A stretch of 64,000 nucleotides of DNA from positions 6,493,251-6,557,250 of the forward strand of contig OZ316892.1 in assembly GCA_973895155.1 (NCBI GenBank). Reading direction: 5' to 3'. Below, in pieces: positions 12,837 to 25,904 of the stretch. How positions within the stretch are numbered: the first letter of the stretch is position 1; every line of letters begins with the position of its first letter. The DNA is from Marsupella aquatica. Lineage: Eukaryota > Plantae > Marchantiophyta. The position numbers and the translations under genes are program-made. The notes beneath the pieces were generated by a model. The model had not been told where the DNA came from, did not search any database, and saw nothing but the letters and a program-made list of their open reading frames with translations.

Positions 12837-13322
12837 GTGAACCATATCCACCAGATTCCTTGGTCATCCACCTACATCAGGCAAGCAACAACCAAAACTT
12901 GGCGAGGTATGGTGACCACCCGTTCTATGAGGAGAGCAGAGGACACTCTAACCAGATGTGTACGCAGACTATACAAGTTGATGGTTTGGGATGAAGTCCT
13001 CCCTAGAGGTCTAGGGGTCTTGTGCTACTACCGAGACATTGCCCCTATCAGACATAGCAGTCTGCCTCGAGCACTCCGACGCGTCCCAAGACCTAAACGT
13101 CTACCCATATACCTTCAATTTTGTGTGAAGACCGATGGAGTGCCTGACGCCTCCAAGGCTCAGCTTAATGCCTGTATCCATGAATTGGATGCAGAGTGCA
13201 GTATCTGTTCCCAAGACCCGGCCCTTGATGAGAATGCAAAGTTGAATCAGCTTCGTCGGATGGCCCGTTTCTGTTGTGTGGTTTATAATACACACCCTTG
13301 GGTGAATCTGTCCATACCTTAG
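12837..13322 (+). CDS. Unknown cargo ORF (161 aa; first ATG at 12909)
   Basis: Open frame just downstream of the acceptor at 12741; Cys-containing; no family recognised. Confidence 0.35.
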   Translation: MNHIHQIPWSSTYIRQATTKTWRGMVTTRSMRRAEDTLTRCVRRLYKLMVWDEVLPRGLGVLCYYRDIAPIRHSSLPRALRRVPRPKRLPIYLQFCVKTDGVPDASKAQLNACIHELDAECSICSQDPALDENAKLNQLRRMARFCCVVYNTHPWVNLSIP

Positions 13323-14282
13323 GATGGACCCAATTTTCACAGTAGGGTAGTTTAGGTTACTTTGTGCCCTGAATTATGTGTTGGCTTGTGCACAGGGAGG
13401 GGATGTTCCTCTTGTGTCCACACTGAAAACTAGATCAGGTTTTTGCACTTTGCTCCTGTGGAGCTATTTTGTACAAGGAATGTTGAATGTATCAATTTTG
13501 AAGGCAGTGAGCCAATAGAGGAAAATTGGTCTGAGTTCCTTTAATTTGAGGAACCATGACGATATTTCCTCCATTTTGAAGAAATTGAGGAAATACTCCA
13601 TTTGTTCAAAAGAAATTGAAGGCCTGCCAGAAAATTGCTATCATTCAATATGGAAATGTATGGTTTAGAACTCACTTTGGATTTGTCCCGGGTGTTGTAC
13701 TCCAGGTTTTATTAATTTCAAGCAAGGCGCATTCACCAAATAGGTCGTGTATAATTGACCTCAGGGCCCCTCGCCCCAGTACTATTCCATCAACAAGGTA
13801 CGTCGTCATTCGAGTTACCTCATCTCAATTTCCTTTGCTTTTCTGGATTTTCTGTCTAGTCTAACGACAGGGATTGTGTGTTGCTCAGGTAAGTAACACA
13901 GGGCTGGTTGTTACATGTCCATTCTGCATTTCTTTTAGAGCTCTTGCATGCGTTGCTGTGCAGGAATGCTCGACTTCAAGGAGACCCCAGGGAAGTGATG
14001 CCCTTGGTGGAGACTGCTGGAATTGGTCCCCAGCAGTCTAGCGCTCCTTGAAGGAGAGGCAGGTTGCCTGGGAGGGGGGGGGGCCTTGGAGTTGGCAGCC
14101 AAGTGCAATCGAGTTTAGAGCCTGGTCATAGGGTTGGGTGGTCCGGGAGACAATTCCAATAAAATATTGAGTCATCGACTGAGCGAGTCAGTAAGGAAAT
14201 TTTGACTTGGCCATCTGTGTTTGAGTGGAGGAAATTGGAGTGGTGGGCCTGGCCCCGACTGCACATGGCTGAAGCACAAGTC

Positions 14283-14579
14283 CTCGGGGGTTTCACTTCC
14301 ACAAAAATGGCATATCATGTGCGACGAAGGATAGGGTCATTTTATTGGTTGTAAGGGAAGACTTAAGAATTTTTGTAGAAGAACAATAGGGTCTTTTAAA
14401 TTCAATTTTGAGACTTATAAGAACATTAGGGCCTTTTTAATCCAATTTTTGGAATATTCCAAGAATATTCCAACTTTATAGGGGTTAAAAAATAATATTT
14501 TTTTCTTACATTTTAGGGGGTCCAAGGCCTAAAAACGTCGCAGGTGATGGGGAGGTCCCCATGTAGTGAGACCCCCAAG
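14283..14579. mobile_element. 297-bp MITE, copy 1
   Basis: TIRs CTCGGGGGTTTCAC..GTGAGACCCCCAAG; CACAAGTC flanks the left end and recurs on the right after a 3-nt filler (CTG). Confidence 0.9.
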
Positions 14580-14891
14580 CTGCACAAGTCCTGCATGTGC
14601 AGATCCCAATCTCTCCAGTGCTTACGCTGACACTGGAGTCCTTGCCAGCAAAGGGTTCGTCCCTTCCCACCCGAAATTACTCGGAGAAAGCTGCAATGGA
14701 TCTTTCAAGCCAATGACCAGGAGAAATGGCCGGGATGGGGCAAGGCCCTCTTGGTATTGGTCCAGTGGAGGTGGTCTCCCAAGCAGTGGTCCAAGATTCA
14801 TGCCTGTCCATTTTTTATACTAGCAATTCGACTTTGGTTCTGGCGCAAGGTTTGCATTCCCTCACTCAGTTTTGCGGATCTTTAACAGGCC

Positions 14892-15575
14892 ATGTTGGAG
14901 TTTCACATATACCTCCCGGAAATGGACCCATACTATTGGGGCGATGGGGCCCTTCTGAATCAGCTGAAGAGGCTGGATTCGAGTCTTATCTTGCGTATTT
15001 TTAAATTAATTGTGCAGGCATCCGACTTGAACCAATATCATTTTTACTTAGATGAGCAGGAAGGGGTTATTTATATTCAATGGGACAGATATGTTTGTTG
15101 GTGTAATCGGTTAGTTCTCCTTCTTCTAAAGACTGGTCCAGTGAGGCGTCTGATTCTCCACTGCTGCCATGTGGTAGATGGCAATCCCTTGTATGATCCA
15201 AAATTTTATGCTGCCAATAGAAGTAGAGCATTCGATGAGATCCAAGATATCATTGATCATATCCCAGATCCTCTTGCCACAGAGTTCCTCATTGACAGTG
15301 GTGGGAAACTTCATTCCTATCGGAGCCATGAACTACCTCCTAGACCTCTACGTAGGTTCTTCAAGATGATCTATAGTTCTGGTCTGTGGACTAGTGTGCT
15401 AGCAAATGGGGAGGCGTGCACTTGCTGCGTTAATGCCTGCTGTGACATTCCGTCATGTAGGTATTTGGTAGCAGTAGTGGATCCCGCTACCGGAGCGGTG
15501 GACTTCCATTGGCTGTGGGCTTATGATCATACGGTCACCCATATCCCTCATTGGCCCAAGAAGCATGTATTGTGA
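14892..15575 (+). CDS. Unknown cargo ORF (227 aa)
   Basis: ATG-initiated intact ORF with globular composition and a Cys cluster (CTCCVNACC..C); no family recognised. Confidence 0.45.
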   Translation: MLEFHIYLPEMDPYYWGDGALLNQLKRLDSSLILRIFKLIVQASDLNQYHFYLDEQEGVIYIQWDRYVCWCNRLVLLLLKTGPVRRLILHCCHVVDGNPLYDPKFYAANRSRAFDEIQDIIDHIPDPLATEFLIDSGGKLHSYRSHELPPRPLRRFFKMIYSSGLWTSVLANGEACTCCVNACCDIPSCRYLVAVVDPATGAVDFHWLWAYDHTVTHIPHWPKKHVL

Positions 15576-15996
15576 TTTGATGTAGCGTGGTTTGATACTG
15601 ATACAGAGCCTGAAGATAGTGAGGATGAGATCTTAGTATAGAGGTGCTATAGTTTGCCATCCTTCATTTTGAGACATTTTCAGACTGCACAATTTTGTAC
15701 TTTTAAAGTCTTCACCTGTTTAGACTTTCATTCTAGCGGACATCATTTGCATTGTATTCCCTCATGCTGTGCCTGCCATTTTCATGTGCCATGCTATCAT
15801 TTTGTTGGCTTTGTCTGTATTTTTGCACGGGAAGTAATGATAAAACCACAGACTTGGTAACTTGCGGTTTAGAATGCAAGCCAGTTTAAGAAGGCAAACC
15901 CGTGTTACTAAACCGTCAACCACAAGTATAGGTTTCCTATGTCTCCGAACTGAACTTCCTGTGCGAAGAGGTTGAAGTGATGTTGTCATTGTTGGA

Positions 15997-17617
15997 TTGT
16001 TTGCAGGGAAGAATTGTCATGTTCCTATGCCGTCCGTGCCTGTATATCGGGTAAACAATGAGTCAGGAGACCAAAAGCATTTGGGATCCCTTAGTTGCAA
16101 GGAGGTTTGGACCTTGGCTGACGCTAGGCAAAAGATGGTGGACCTGGAACTTTGGGATTTTGAGTTCCAGTTTATTGATGTCAATTTCAATAGTCGAATT
16201 AAGGTTGCCTGGGAGAAATGCAACCTCATTGAGGACTGTGGAGGGAAACTCGTCGTTATCCCAAAGGTTGGGACTACAATACCAGCTCCCATACTGTCGA
16301 CATTGGGAGTAGCAATGTTTCCAATGGTACATCTCAAACTTGCAGCCAGGGTGATGACCTTGACACCCAACGTGTCAAGGGTACTGACTGGCTAGGAGAT
16401 GAGCTCCCGTTGCCCAACCTTCCCTTGTTGACACTCCTCGACCAGTTGAGGAGCAAGTGCTGCAAGTGAGTCTTAAGTCAACAACTATGCCAAAGGAACT
16501 GGAGAGGCATTGGTTGAAAGAGGTTGATAAGTTGAAGGAGCACATGGTGTCCATCAATGCTGCACACCACAAGTGGAAAGTAATGACTTGGGACAAAGAT
16601 GGTGTTCCTTGTGGTAAGATAGAGTGTGTAGAGTGTCAGTGCAATAGGCTGGGAACATCAAAGGGGTTGATGGACAGAGGGAGCATCACTAACTGCTTCA
16701 CCAATTTCAAACAAAAACATCTCATTACAGATAAGCATGCATCAAATGTGGCAACTAATAGGAGTGAGAAAATTGACGGAGTGGAGATCTCCAAGAGGGC
16801 TGCAGCATCTTTACTGAGTGATAGAAGCACTCTTGACATTCATGTCAAGATTGTGGAGCGTGTGAATGACAGTCAGGTGGTTGACCATCAGACTTTTGAA
16901 ATCGTAGGTGACCTTAGCAAGGAGCCTGTGGAGCTGCGTAAGTTTAAACTTAGGTGTTATTTTTGCACAGAGTATCTTGTATTGATACAACGTAATTTGG
17001 AGTCAAATTTGCAGTCCCATTGTAGTAGTGTGAACCACTTAAACGCAGTGGCCAGAAGTCAGAAACCACCCACTGGTCAACCAGTTCTATCAGGAAAGGC
17101 AGGCAGGCCACCCAGAAGCGACAAGAGAGATGTTCGACAAAGAACAATTGGAGGATTCTTAAGTCGACAAGCTCGAGATAAAGCTTCCAGCAGTCAGCCT
17201 AGGGGTAGCGAATCAAGTGGAGGCTCGAGCAGCCAGACTGGGGATTTAGCACCAGATAAAGGTATTTTGCATGGATGGTCGTTGTTGTGTTGGGGGTTGT
17301 GGAGAGATGTGGTCATATACAGAGGGGAAGTCAGGCCTATCAAGGAAATCCTGTTTGACCAGCTTAAAGTGGAGGGTGACTGGTTTGCAGAGCCTCTAGT
17401 CATTGCCAAGGTGTGGTGTCTATCAACCCAAGAAACATGTGCTATTCAAGGACTGTTTAGACACAAACAGTGCAGTAGAATGTTAGAGGCTGGCGGTGGT
17501 TTTCGAGACCTTACTTGCCAGCAATGTTACTCAATAAAATTTAGGGATGATTTTAGAGGAAGAGTTAGTCGAGAGGCCATCTCAACTCTGAAAAGAGGGA
17601 GCAGAGGGACCGGAAGG
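15997..17617 (+). pseudogene. P-like transposase, N-terminal part (zinc-finger region)
   Basis: ORFs 15997-16395 and 16457-17623; CxxC..HxxxxxH fingers (CVEC..KHLITDKH; CYFC..SHCSSVNH) and HKQC..CQQC; truncated exactly at the CACTA-A1 TIR. Confidence 0.7.
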
Positions 17618-17959
17618 CACTAGTGGAAAATAGTGTCCTTAATGACTAGAATGAGGACTGAAAAATGAGTCATATGTACCAATATATGACTAGAGCTTTT
17701 CTGTCATACCTGCCTCGTCTTTTAGGACAGTCAATTAAGACAAATGACTAAAACTCTCACCAGTCATTTATGGTAGTCCTAAATGACACAATATTTCTGA
17801 AATGACAGGTTGTCCTAAATGACTGAATGAACGGCCGTCAGTCATTTAGGTATGTCTTTAATGACACATATTTAAACAAATCATATTACAACACGTGGCA
17901 ACTACGCACGGTTGTCATTATATGTCATTTCAGACATGTCATAAATGACACAATAATAA

Positions 17960-18275
17960 ATCATTTAAGATGTCATTTAGTGTGTCATTGAAGGTGTCGT
18001 ACAGGGTGTCATTAAAAATGTCATACAAGGTGTCATACAAGGTGTCATTGAGGGTGTCATATAGGGTGTCATTGAGGATGTCATACAGAGTGTCATACAT
18101 GGTGTCATTGAGGGTGTCATTGAGGGTGTCATATATGGTGTCATTGAGGGTGTCATACATGGTGTCATTGAGGGTGTCATTGAGGGTGTCATACATGGTG
18201 TCATTGAGGGTGTCATACATGGTGTCATTGAGGGTATCATACATGGTGTCATTGAGGGTGTCATACAAGGTGTTT
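17960..18275. repeat. 12-bp subterminal tandem array (GGTGTCATTGAG / GGTGTCATACAT)
   Basis: Visible 12-nt periodicity; the GTCAT/ATGAC core is also dispersed through both subterminal regions, as expected of TnpA-binding repeats. Confidence 0.92.
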
Positions 18276-18560
18276 TTAAGTAATGTCATTTGGGATGTAT
18301 CTAAGAAGAGCTCATAGTTGTATTCAAAATCACATACAATGAATCCACTTAAAACCCTAAACAAAGACATCACTTTGCGCATCATCATTGTATTCAGAAA
18401 TTCACATTCCAACATTCACAAGCTCTAGTATAGAACAATTGAAAAAACATAAGTCTTTATGATGAAGTGATAGAAAGTACACATTTTTCACTCGCATGAG
18501 TGAAATAATGGTAACCAAAATATTCAAAAATTCTCTGTTCTACATGATCAGAGAAAATGT

Positions 18561-21545
18561 TCAACACTTCCGAAGAAACCTAGCATTCCACAATGTATTC
18601 ATTCCTAACACATTCCGTAAGCAGAGTTGTTTCTCTTCTTTGTTGGGCATTGGCAATGCTGCATCACCACAATACACTGCCTTAACTAATACTCGCACCC
18701 AATGACTCTCAATCATGACACAATGAAATTTATCCTCTCCTGGTAACCCTGTCACTTCACCTCTAGCAACAACTGTAGAGCGATCCACAATGCTTCGTAC
18801 TTCTACAGCATCTCCTTTTGAAAACTGCCACACAAAATTGTTAGGAAAAAATATTGTCTTGTAATACTGATTTGGGCATATCATCAATTTAAGAACATAA
18901 GCCAACTGAAAACAAATTCACCTTTGCTGCTGGATTTGGGGAGAGAACTGGTACTCGTTCACTAGGTGAGATAGTGATAGGGGTTGATTTCTTGAATCTC
19001 TTTGAAGGCCTAGGTGGTGTAGCCTCTTGTTCCTGAATTGCATTTGACATTATCTGTTCATCTGTGACAGCAATCTCATCGCTCTCACCATTACCAATGC
19101 TGCTTTGTACAACGCAAGGTTCCTGTAGTGCTCCCAAATTTTCTTCTCCCATACTTGGCTTTGGCTTCTGCCTTGTTAAAGTATCTGATTTCTCTCGCTG
19201 TGATACAGGATTCTCCCCTGAAGAAGCTACCACAAAACCAAACAATGAATGCTTAGAAAACTTCATTTTAAATTGAAAAATAAACTATTGCATATGTAAC
19301 ATGTTTAGAGTATAAGTTTGTATGTTCTTACCATCACCATCACCTGAGAAAGTAAGAGAACGTTTCCTGCTACTACCTTTAGGCTCAACCACCACCTTAG
19401 TAGCAATTGCATTTGATAATTGCATATGGAACTGATTCTGTTGATTTTGTGCAATGAAAGAAGTCATCATAGATGTCAAATTGTCCACTTTGAATTCAAG
19501 CTTGGTTAAATTCTCCACAGATTGTTCAAGCTTGAGTAATCGAGCTGGTTCCTCAATTGTAGTTTTCCTGGACAGTGGAGTCTACATACACAAACACACC
19601 ATACAATGTCAATCATCAATGATAATTTGAACATCATGGATAACTGATAATCAAAATTGAATATATACACAGGTTTTCATTACATACCGCTGATCCATGT
19701 GCAGATCCAATTCCAACAAAACTACTGCCTCGATGTTCACCACTGCCCATAGATGGACTGATCTGCACTAGGGGGACTGGACTACTAGACACAAGTTTTG
19801 ATATAACAGGGCTCGTCATTCCTTTTGCTTTCTGGAAACACATAATCACATTCAAAGCAATTGGAATATTAATGAGAACTCATCATGTCATTGTTTATTC
19901 CTATACTAGATAAACACTTCAATTCAAATGACAGTCTAGACCTGCAATGAGATGGACCATCTGAAGATTCTTACCAATCTTTTTTCTGCTCCAGCAGCCC
20001 CTCCTCTTCCAAAATGCTCTTTGTTCACCACTTCTGCCCTCCTTGCTTTCATCACAGCACTCCTTGCAAGCAAAGCAGGACTATCAAAATGATCCACCAG
20101 TCGTGCCCATTTTAATGGGTCAACATATTGAGGTCCTGGTTTGGAGCGATCACGTTTACATACATCCTTCCAATAAGTATTTAGTTTGTGACGTTCTCTT
20201 TTCAATAACGTCCGGCAGTGACTAATAAATTTCTTGTCAGACACTGACTGCTTATCTGGATACTCCCAATCTGCCTTCATCAATTTCTGCACATCCTCAA
20301 TTATGTTTGGATCTTGTTTGTTCCAATCAGGTTCTGATACATCAAAAAGCCTCAAGACATTGGCACGTAGCTCCTCCATCCAATATGGTTTATTAGGATG
20401 AGAATCATGAATATCATTGTCATGAATCTGAAAAAAACACCACAAATGATAGTCATCAACATTGGGAATGAAACAAACACCCAATTGCTTCTGAGTACAC
20501 AAACTGTAGGCCACAAATGTGAAATGTGCAATGAAAATCTTACCGTTATCAATTTTCCCTTCTTATTGTCAGCCCTTCTTGCACTACCGGTTCTCTGGAA
20601 TTGTTTTTTGGCTTGCCTAGATTCCCTGCGTTGCTCTGTTGCAGTCTTTCTTCCCTCTACATACACAATGAGCATCCAATATTGATCATCCACAATTGCA
20701 AATTGAGGGACAAGAAATATTACAATATAATAGGAGGACGCTTCATTGAATTTGACTTACCTGAACCCTGACTGGATGTCACTACTGCAGAGTGTCCAGA
20801 TTTCCCAATCGATGTTGATGGAACCACCACTATACACATGCAAACCACTGGAGTTATGAATCCAACATTCATATAGATCAACATTGAAAAATACATTGAA
20901 AATCTTTGAAATTACTTACATTCAAATAGCTGGCCAGTCACAGGGTCTTTGTAACATTGCACCATGCCACTCATGGAAGGTCCAACCTTTGTAGGGGTTT
21001 CTTTTGCATCTGCCAAGCTCTTAGATGGAGGTTGCAGATGTTCCTGTCCAGATCAAGTTAAAACGAATGTTATTAAACAGAATCATTACCAATGTCTATA
21101 GTTTCCTCATAATGTTGGTGAAATGTAATAGGAATCTCACCTTGGATGAACTTTCTGGTTTCTCATCTTCACTGTACTCAGCATCAGTGTCATAATCTGA
21201 TTCAGAGCCCTCATCACCAGACTCTGCCATACTCACTGAGGCAATTCTTGATAGTCTGGAACTCTGTCTTCTCTGTGTGGTAACCTCACTTCTAGGAGTT
21301 CGACGTGCACTTGTTTCCTTCTTGCACCCTACGGTCTGTGTTGCACCCAGTCTACATCAGAGAATATCAATGAATGAATGACAAGTATCAAAAACCAACT
21401 CATATTGCTGATGAGCAATATTAACACATCTTTGCACATTCAAAACAACATGCAAGATTATACTCACATGAGATTGAAATTTTCTCCAAATATCTCCCTG
21501 AATTTTCTATTGTTGTCTGCTACCTTCTTATTTCGTTCCTCCTCA
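18561..21545 (-). CDS. Multi-exon TnpA-like protein of CACTA-A1 (Transposase_24/Ptta region plus C-terminal Transposase_23-like domain)
   Basis: WEYP..CRTLLKRERHKL..PGPQYVDPLKWARLVDHF..HFGRGG; C-terminal VVARGEV..FHCVMI..WVRVLV..DAALPMP..LW; many short GT-AG introns; exon limits approximate. Confidence 0.8.
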
Positions 21546-21649
21546 TATGGAGGTATTCGCTGCATTCACTGCTAGACTATGGCATGCCATGTTAGTATGA
21601 TCCCACTCCCAACTAAATGAAACCGGACTGTACAGTATCTTCAAACCAT

Positions 21650-24600
21650 TTATTTCCTTTTATACTTTCTTTTTCCTTTGTCTCTAGTACTTGGTCCAGG
21701 CTCCTGTCTAGTTATACAGGCTTCTGCCAACTCTATGTGAAACTTAGCATTGTCATCCATAGTATCATGGAAATCAACTTCCATGTAATCACCCAGCACT
21801 CTTGTAGACCTGGATTCCTTGTGGAGGATTGTCCTCCATGCAATCCCCTTATCATTTGGGTAAAAAAACACCTGTTCTATCTGTCGTGGCAATACATAGT
21901 CCATTTTCTTGGAAGCACCCAGCTCCTTCTGAAAATTTACTTGCCACAATCCAGACGCATCATATCTCATACTTGCAGTGGCTTTGGGAGTCCAAGATGG
22001 GTTTGCCCACCTTCCTTTGAAAAGGACCACTTCCTTTATCAGAGGCCCATAGTTCAACACTAAGATGTCTGTCAACACCCCCACATATTGTATAGATTCA
22101 TCTACTGTTGCCCCTGACCTAATGACCTGCTTCTCAGTGAATGTACAAGCCATCCCAGAATCAAAAGTCTTGAACTCAGATGAGTCACAATCAATCAAGG
22201 AACCTAGTGATGGAATGGTCCTCCAATGGTGCCCATAGGCTCTGCAGGCCCTGTACCGCAGTGCCTTCAGACTAGGTGGTACACTATACGCTGCCAACAC
22301 CATTCGTTCAAACTCATTCTCAAAATTATGCCTTCTAATTGTCACTTCAAACCATTCTCTAAAAGGAGGCAACTCATCCAAATCAGAGGGATAAGGCACA
22401 GGATTCCTCCGATTTCCTGGATTCTTCATCCATTCTTTCCGGAAATCTGCTCTGTGCTTGGTAACTGCCTCATTTTGATCATCATAAACCCTGCATGGCA
22501 AGAATGACAGTCAGCTCCTAGGCCCACACAATTTCTGCTCAAAACTCAATTATGTTTAATAATAAACAACAGAGAACTTAACAATATAAACCATGCTCAT
22601 ACCTATACCATGGTTCCACCAGCTCTTCATTCTCCAGTATGTAATGATGCATAGCTATCATATCATTCCACTCCAAGGTGATCTGTTTTCCAGCTCCTTC
22701 CAAGACAATGCCTGCAACACCAGGATTCTCCTCCAAGTCCCATGTTCTCATTCCTGTCCCCTTAACATCGATCATGTATTCAGAAAGGAATCCTAAAGAT
22801 TCATCCAGAAGGTAGCCTTCAGCCATAGAAGCCTCTGGACGTGCCTTGTTTCAAACATAACCCTTCAAGGTCTTTAGATATCTTTCTATTGGGTACATCC
22901 ATCTAATGTTCACTGGACCATAGATGTCTAGTTCCTGAACCAGATGAATCAACAGATGGGTCATGACATCAAAGAAGCTTGGTGGGAAATGAATTTCCAT
23001 AAGGCAGAGTGTGAATGCAACATCCATCATCACAGAGTCGTACTGTGAGGGATCCCAAACCTTGGCACAGATGGTACGCCACACATTGCTCACTCTGGCT
23101 ATGGCCAACCGAACACCTTCATCAAGTAATCCCATTGTTGCCAATGGAAGGATTTGTTGCATGAGGTGATGGAAATCGTGAGATTTCAGCCCTGATAACT
23201 TCTTCTTAACTGTGACACATTTAGCCAGAGAACTGCTGAAACCAGTGGGCCCTTTAAAGGTCAACAATACCTCTAAGAACTTAGTCTTCTCTGTCTTACT
23301 GAGGCAGTATGGGGCTGGCGGCATGATCTTTGAATCTTTTTTTGGATCTGGATTTGGAACCAGCCACAGGTGTTCCCGCACGTCCATGACTTTCATGTCT
23401 TCTCGAACAGAAGGAGTATCCTTTGTCCCCAAAATAGTGTGCACAATGTTGTGTGCAAGATTCTTCTCACAGTGCATGGGATCCAAACAATGGTTGATGA
23501 GAAGTTTCTGCATTGGACGCACAGTTCAGTACAAACTAAGTTAGAATAAGAAATGTTACTCTTTGCTACTTAACATTAATACACACTGAGGGATTCAGTA
23601 TGGGAAACCAGATACTTACACTCCAGTACGGCAGCTTGTATAATCCAGTAACCCTCTTCACTCCATTCTTCTTTACTGGAGAGTTTTCATCATCCAGCGC
23701 ATTCCCTGGTTTCTTCTCCACATATTTAGCGGCATTTTCTCCCTAGCGTTTCCTATCAGAGCTGGACACTCTACACGGTGCAGCTCGTGCCTCTACCTCA
23801 CCATTAAAGTATTTTGCCACTTCCTCTGTGCGAAAATAGTGTCTCTGTGGTAACCAGCGACGATGGCCAGCAAACAGTAACTTGCCCAACTGTTTTGAAC
23901 CATGTGCCACACAATTTGGCCCACAAACCACACATCCTTTGTACCCTGCATGTTGTTGGCCAGAGACTAATCCATATGCAGGATAATCATTGATTGTCCA
24001 CAATACTGAAGCCCTTAGCTTGAACTCTTGCTGCAATCCTAGCCTTGGTAGAACATCAAAACAATCCACTCCTTCTGACCATAATGTCTCAAGATCATCC
24101 ACAAGTGGAGCCATGTATACATCAAATTGTTCCTCGCTTACAGACACAGGACCTGGAATTAGAAGAGCCAGCATGACAAAGAACTTCTTTGTGGAAAGCC
24201 AAGGAGGGATATTATAATTCAACAGCAGGATTGGCCATGTAGACCAGGCAGTAGAATTATTCCCAAATGGATTTACCCCATCAAGTGCCAATCCCATTCG
24301 CACATTCCTTGGCTCAGCAGCAAAAGCAGGGTCGATCTCTGTGTCCACATGTTTCCATGCCTTTGAATCTGCTGGATGTCGGACCATGTTGTCCTTGCTC
24401 TTGTTCTCATGATGCCAAGTCATTAGCTTAGATGTACCCTTAGTGGCATACAATCTCTTCAATCGAGGGATTATAGGGAAATATCTCAAGACCTTCACAG
24501 GTTGTAAAGAATTCCCCACTAACTTCATCTTTGGCTGATTACACTTGGAACAATTGTCCAACTCTGCAGTCTCATTTCTAAATAACATACATCCATTCTC

Positions 24601-25441
24601 ACAGACTGGGATTCTCTCATAGTCTAAACCCAATTTTCTCAGTAATTGTTTTGCAGCATATAGGTTTTTAGGGAGAGTGTGCTCTGTTGGCATTCCATGC
24701 TCAGTCAACAAAGACAGCATGGCATTCACTTCCCGTGTTCGAGAACCTATTGTTGTGACAGATGTTTAAAAACAACAACATGAAGGAAACTACATCTGTC
24801 TTACTGCCTGGAAATAAGGGTTTCATGGCTTCTTCTAAAGACCCTTGCAGAGGGACAGGATTTACAGGATGCCCTGCTGTAGGTGTGTCCTCAGCCCTGG
24901 TCTCAGCAAAGGGTGGATCTGCCTCATTCTCATCATTTTGAAACATTGAATCTATATCAAAAGGAGGATCATTATCCACATATTCGTCAGACTCTTCAGA
25001 AGCTCTTGCCAATGTCTCCTGAAGTAAAACTCTGACCTGCTCTTCAACATCTATTGATGGCTGGCCTGAGTGGAATGCCTCTCGAGACATTCTTGCCCTC
25101 AGTGCCTCTGGACCAGAGTTACGGATGTAATTGGATCTCCACTCCTCATCAAAAGAGTCTTCACCCTCTCCTACCCACACTCGACAGGCAGGGTAGCGGC
25201 CATATTTAAGAAGATGTTGTCGACTGGTCTTTCGAGTAGTCTTAACAATCCCTTTGCATTCCATGCAAGAGCAATACATTCTATGATCAACACTACCAGA
25301 GCAAGCTGTTTGTTCCCGAGCCCATAAGTTATCATCACGACGCTGTATTCGACGTGGATGGGAAAGAGGTAAACTTCTGAGGTTGTCTGCCTCTGTTGTA
25401 TATGCAGTGTTATGTGACCCAACCTGGCTAGAAGAAGCCAT
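21650..25441 (-). pseudogene. TnpD transposase of CACTA-A1 (transposase-associated domain, Transposase_21, DUF4218, DUF4216)
   Basis: CSCMEC..HLLKYG; RNVRMGLALDGVNPF; WTINDYPAYG; DPMHCEKN; GLKSHDFH; GPVNIRWMYPIERY; frameshift near 24730 and premature stops at 23743 and 22851. Confidence 0.95.
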
Positions 25442-25608
25442 GATTGCAGCACTACCTAATCAAAAACACAGTTGCACATCTTTCTTCTTTGACATCTTGT
25501 AGAGCATATGAATTGTTCTAGACAACTCCAAAACCCTTCCATACCATCTTCTAGAGCGTCATGTGAAGCAAATGTGTGCACAAGTGAAGAATTAGACATA
25601 CATTTGAG

Positions 25609-25904
25609 CTCGGGGGTTTCACTTCCACAAAAATGGCATATCACGTGCGACGAAGGATAGGGTCATTTTATTGGTTGTAAGGGAAGACTTAAGAATTTTT
25701 GTAGAAGAACAATAGAGTCTTTTTAATTCAATTTTGAGACTTATAAGAACATTAGGGCCTTTTTAATCCAATTTTTGGAATATTCCAAGAATATTCTAAC
25801 TTTATAGGGGTTAAAAAATAAAATTTTTTCTTACATTTTAGGGGGTCCAAGGCCTAAAAACGTCGCAGGTGATGGGGAGGTCCCCATGTAGTGAGACCCC
25901 CGAG
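25609..25904. mobile_element. 296-bp MITE, copy 2
   Basis: TIRs CTCGGGGGTTTCAC / GTGAGACCCCCGAG; perfect 8-bp TSD CATTTGAG; the orthologous empty site is present in A2 at 45910-45917. Confidence 0.97.

Noticed and set aside
17939-18415. ORFs with YDTLND/VSLR repeats (also 38219-38597)
   Set aside because: Translation artefacts of the 12-bp subterminal array; open in several frames on both strands
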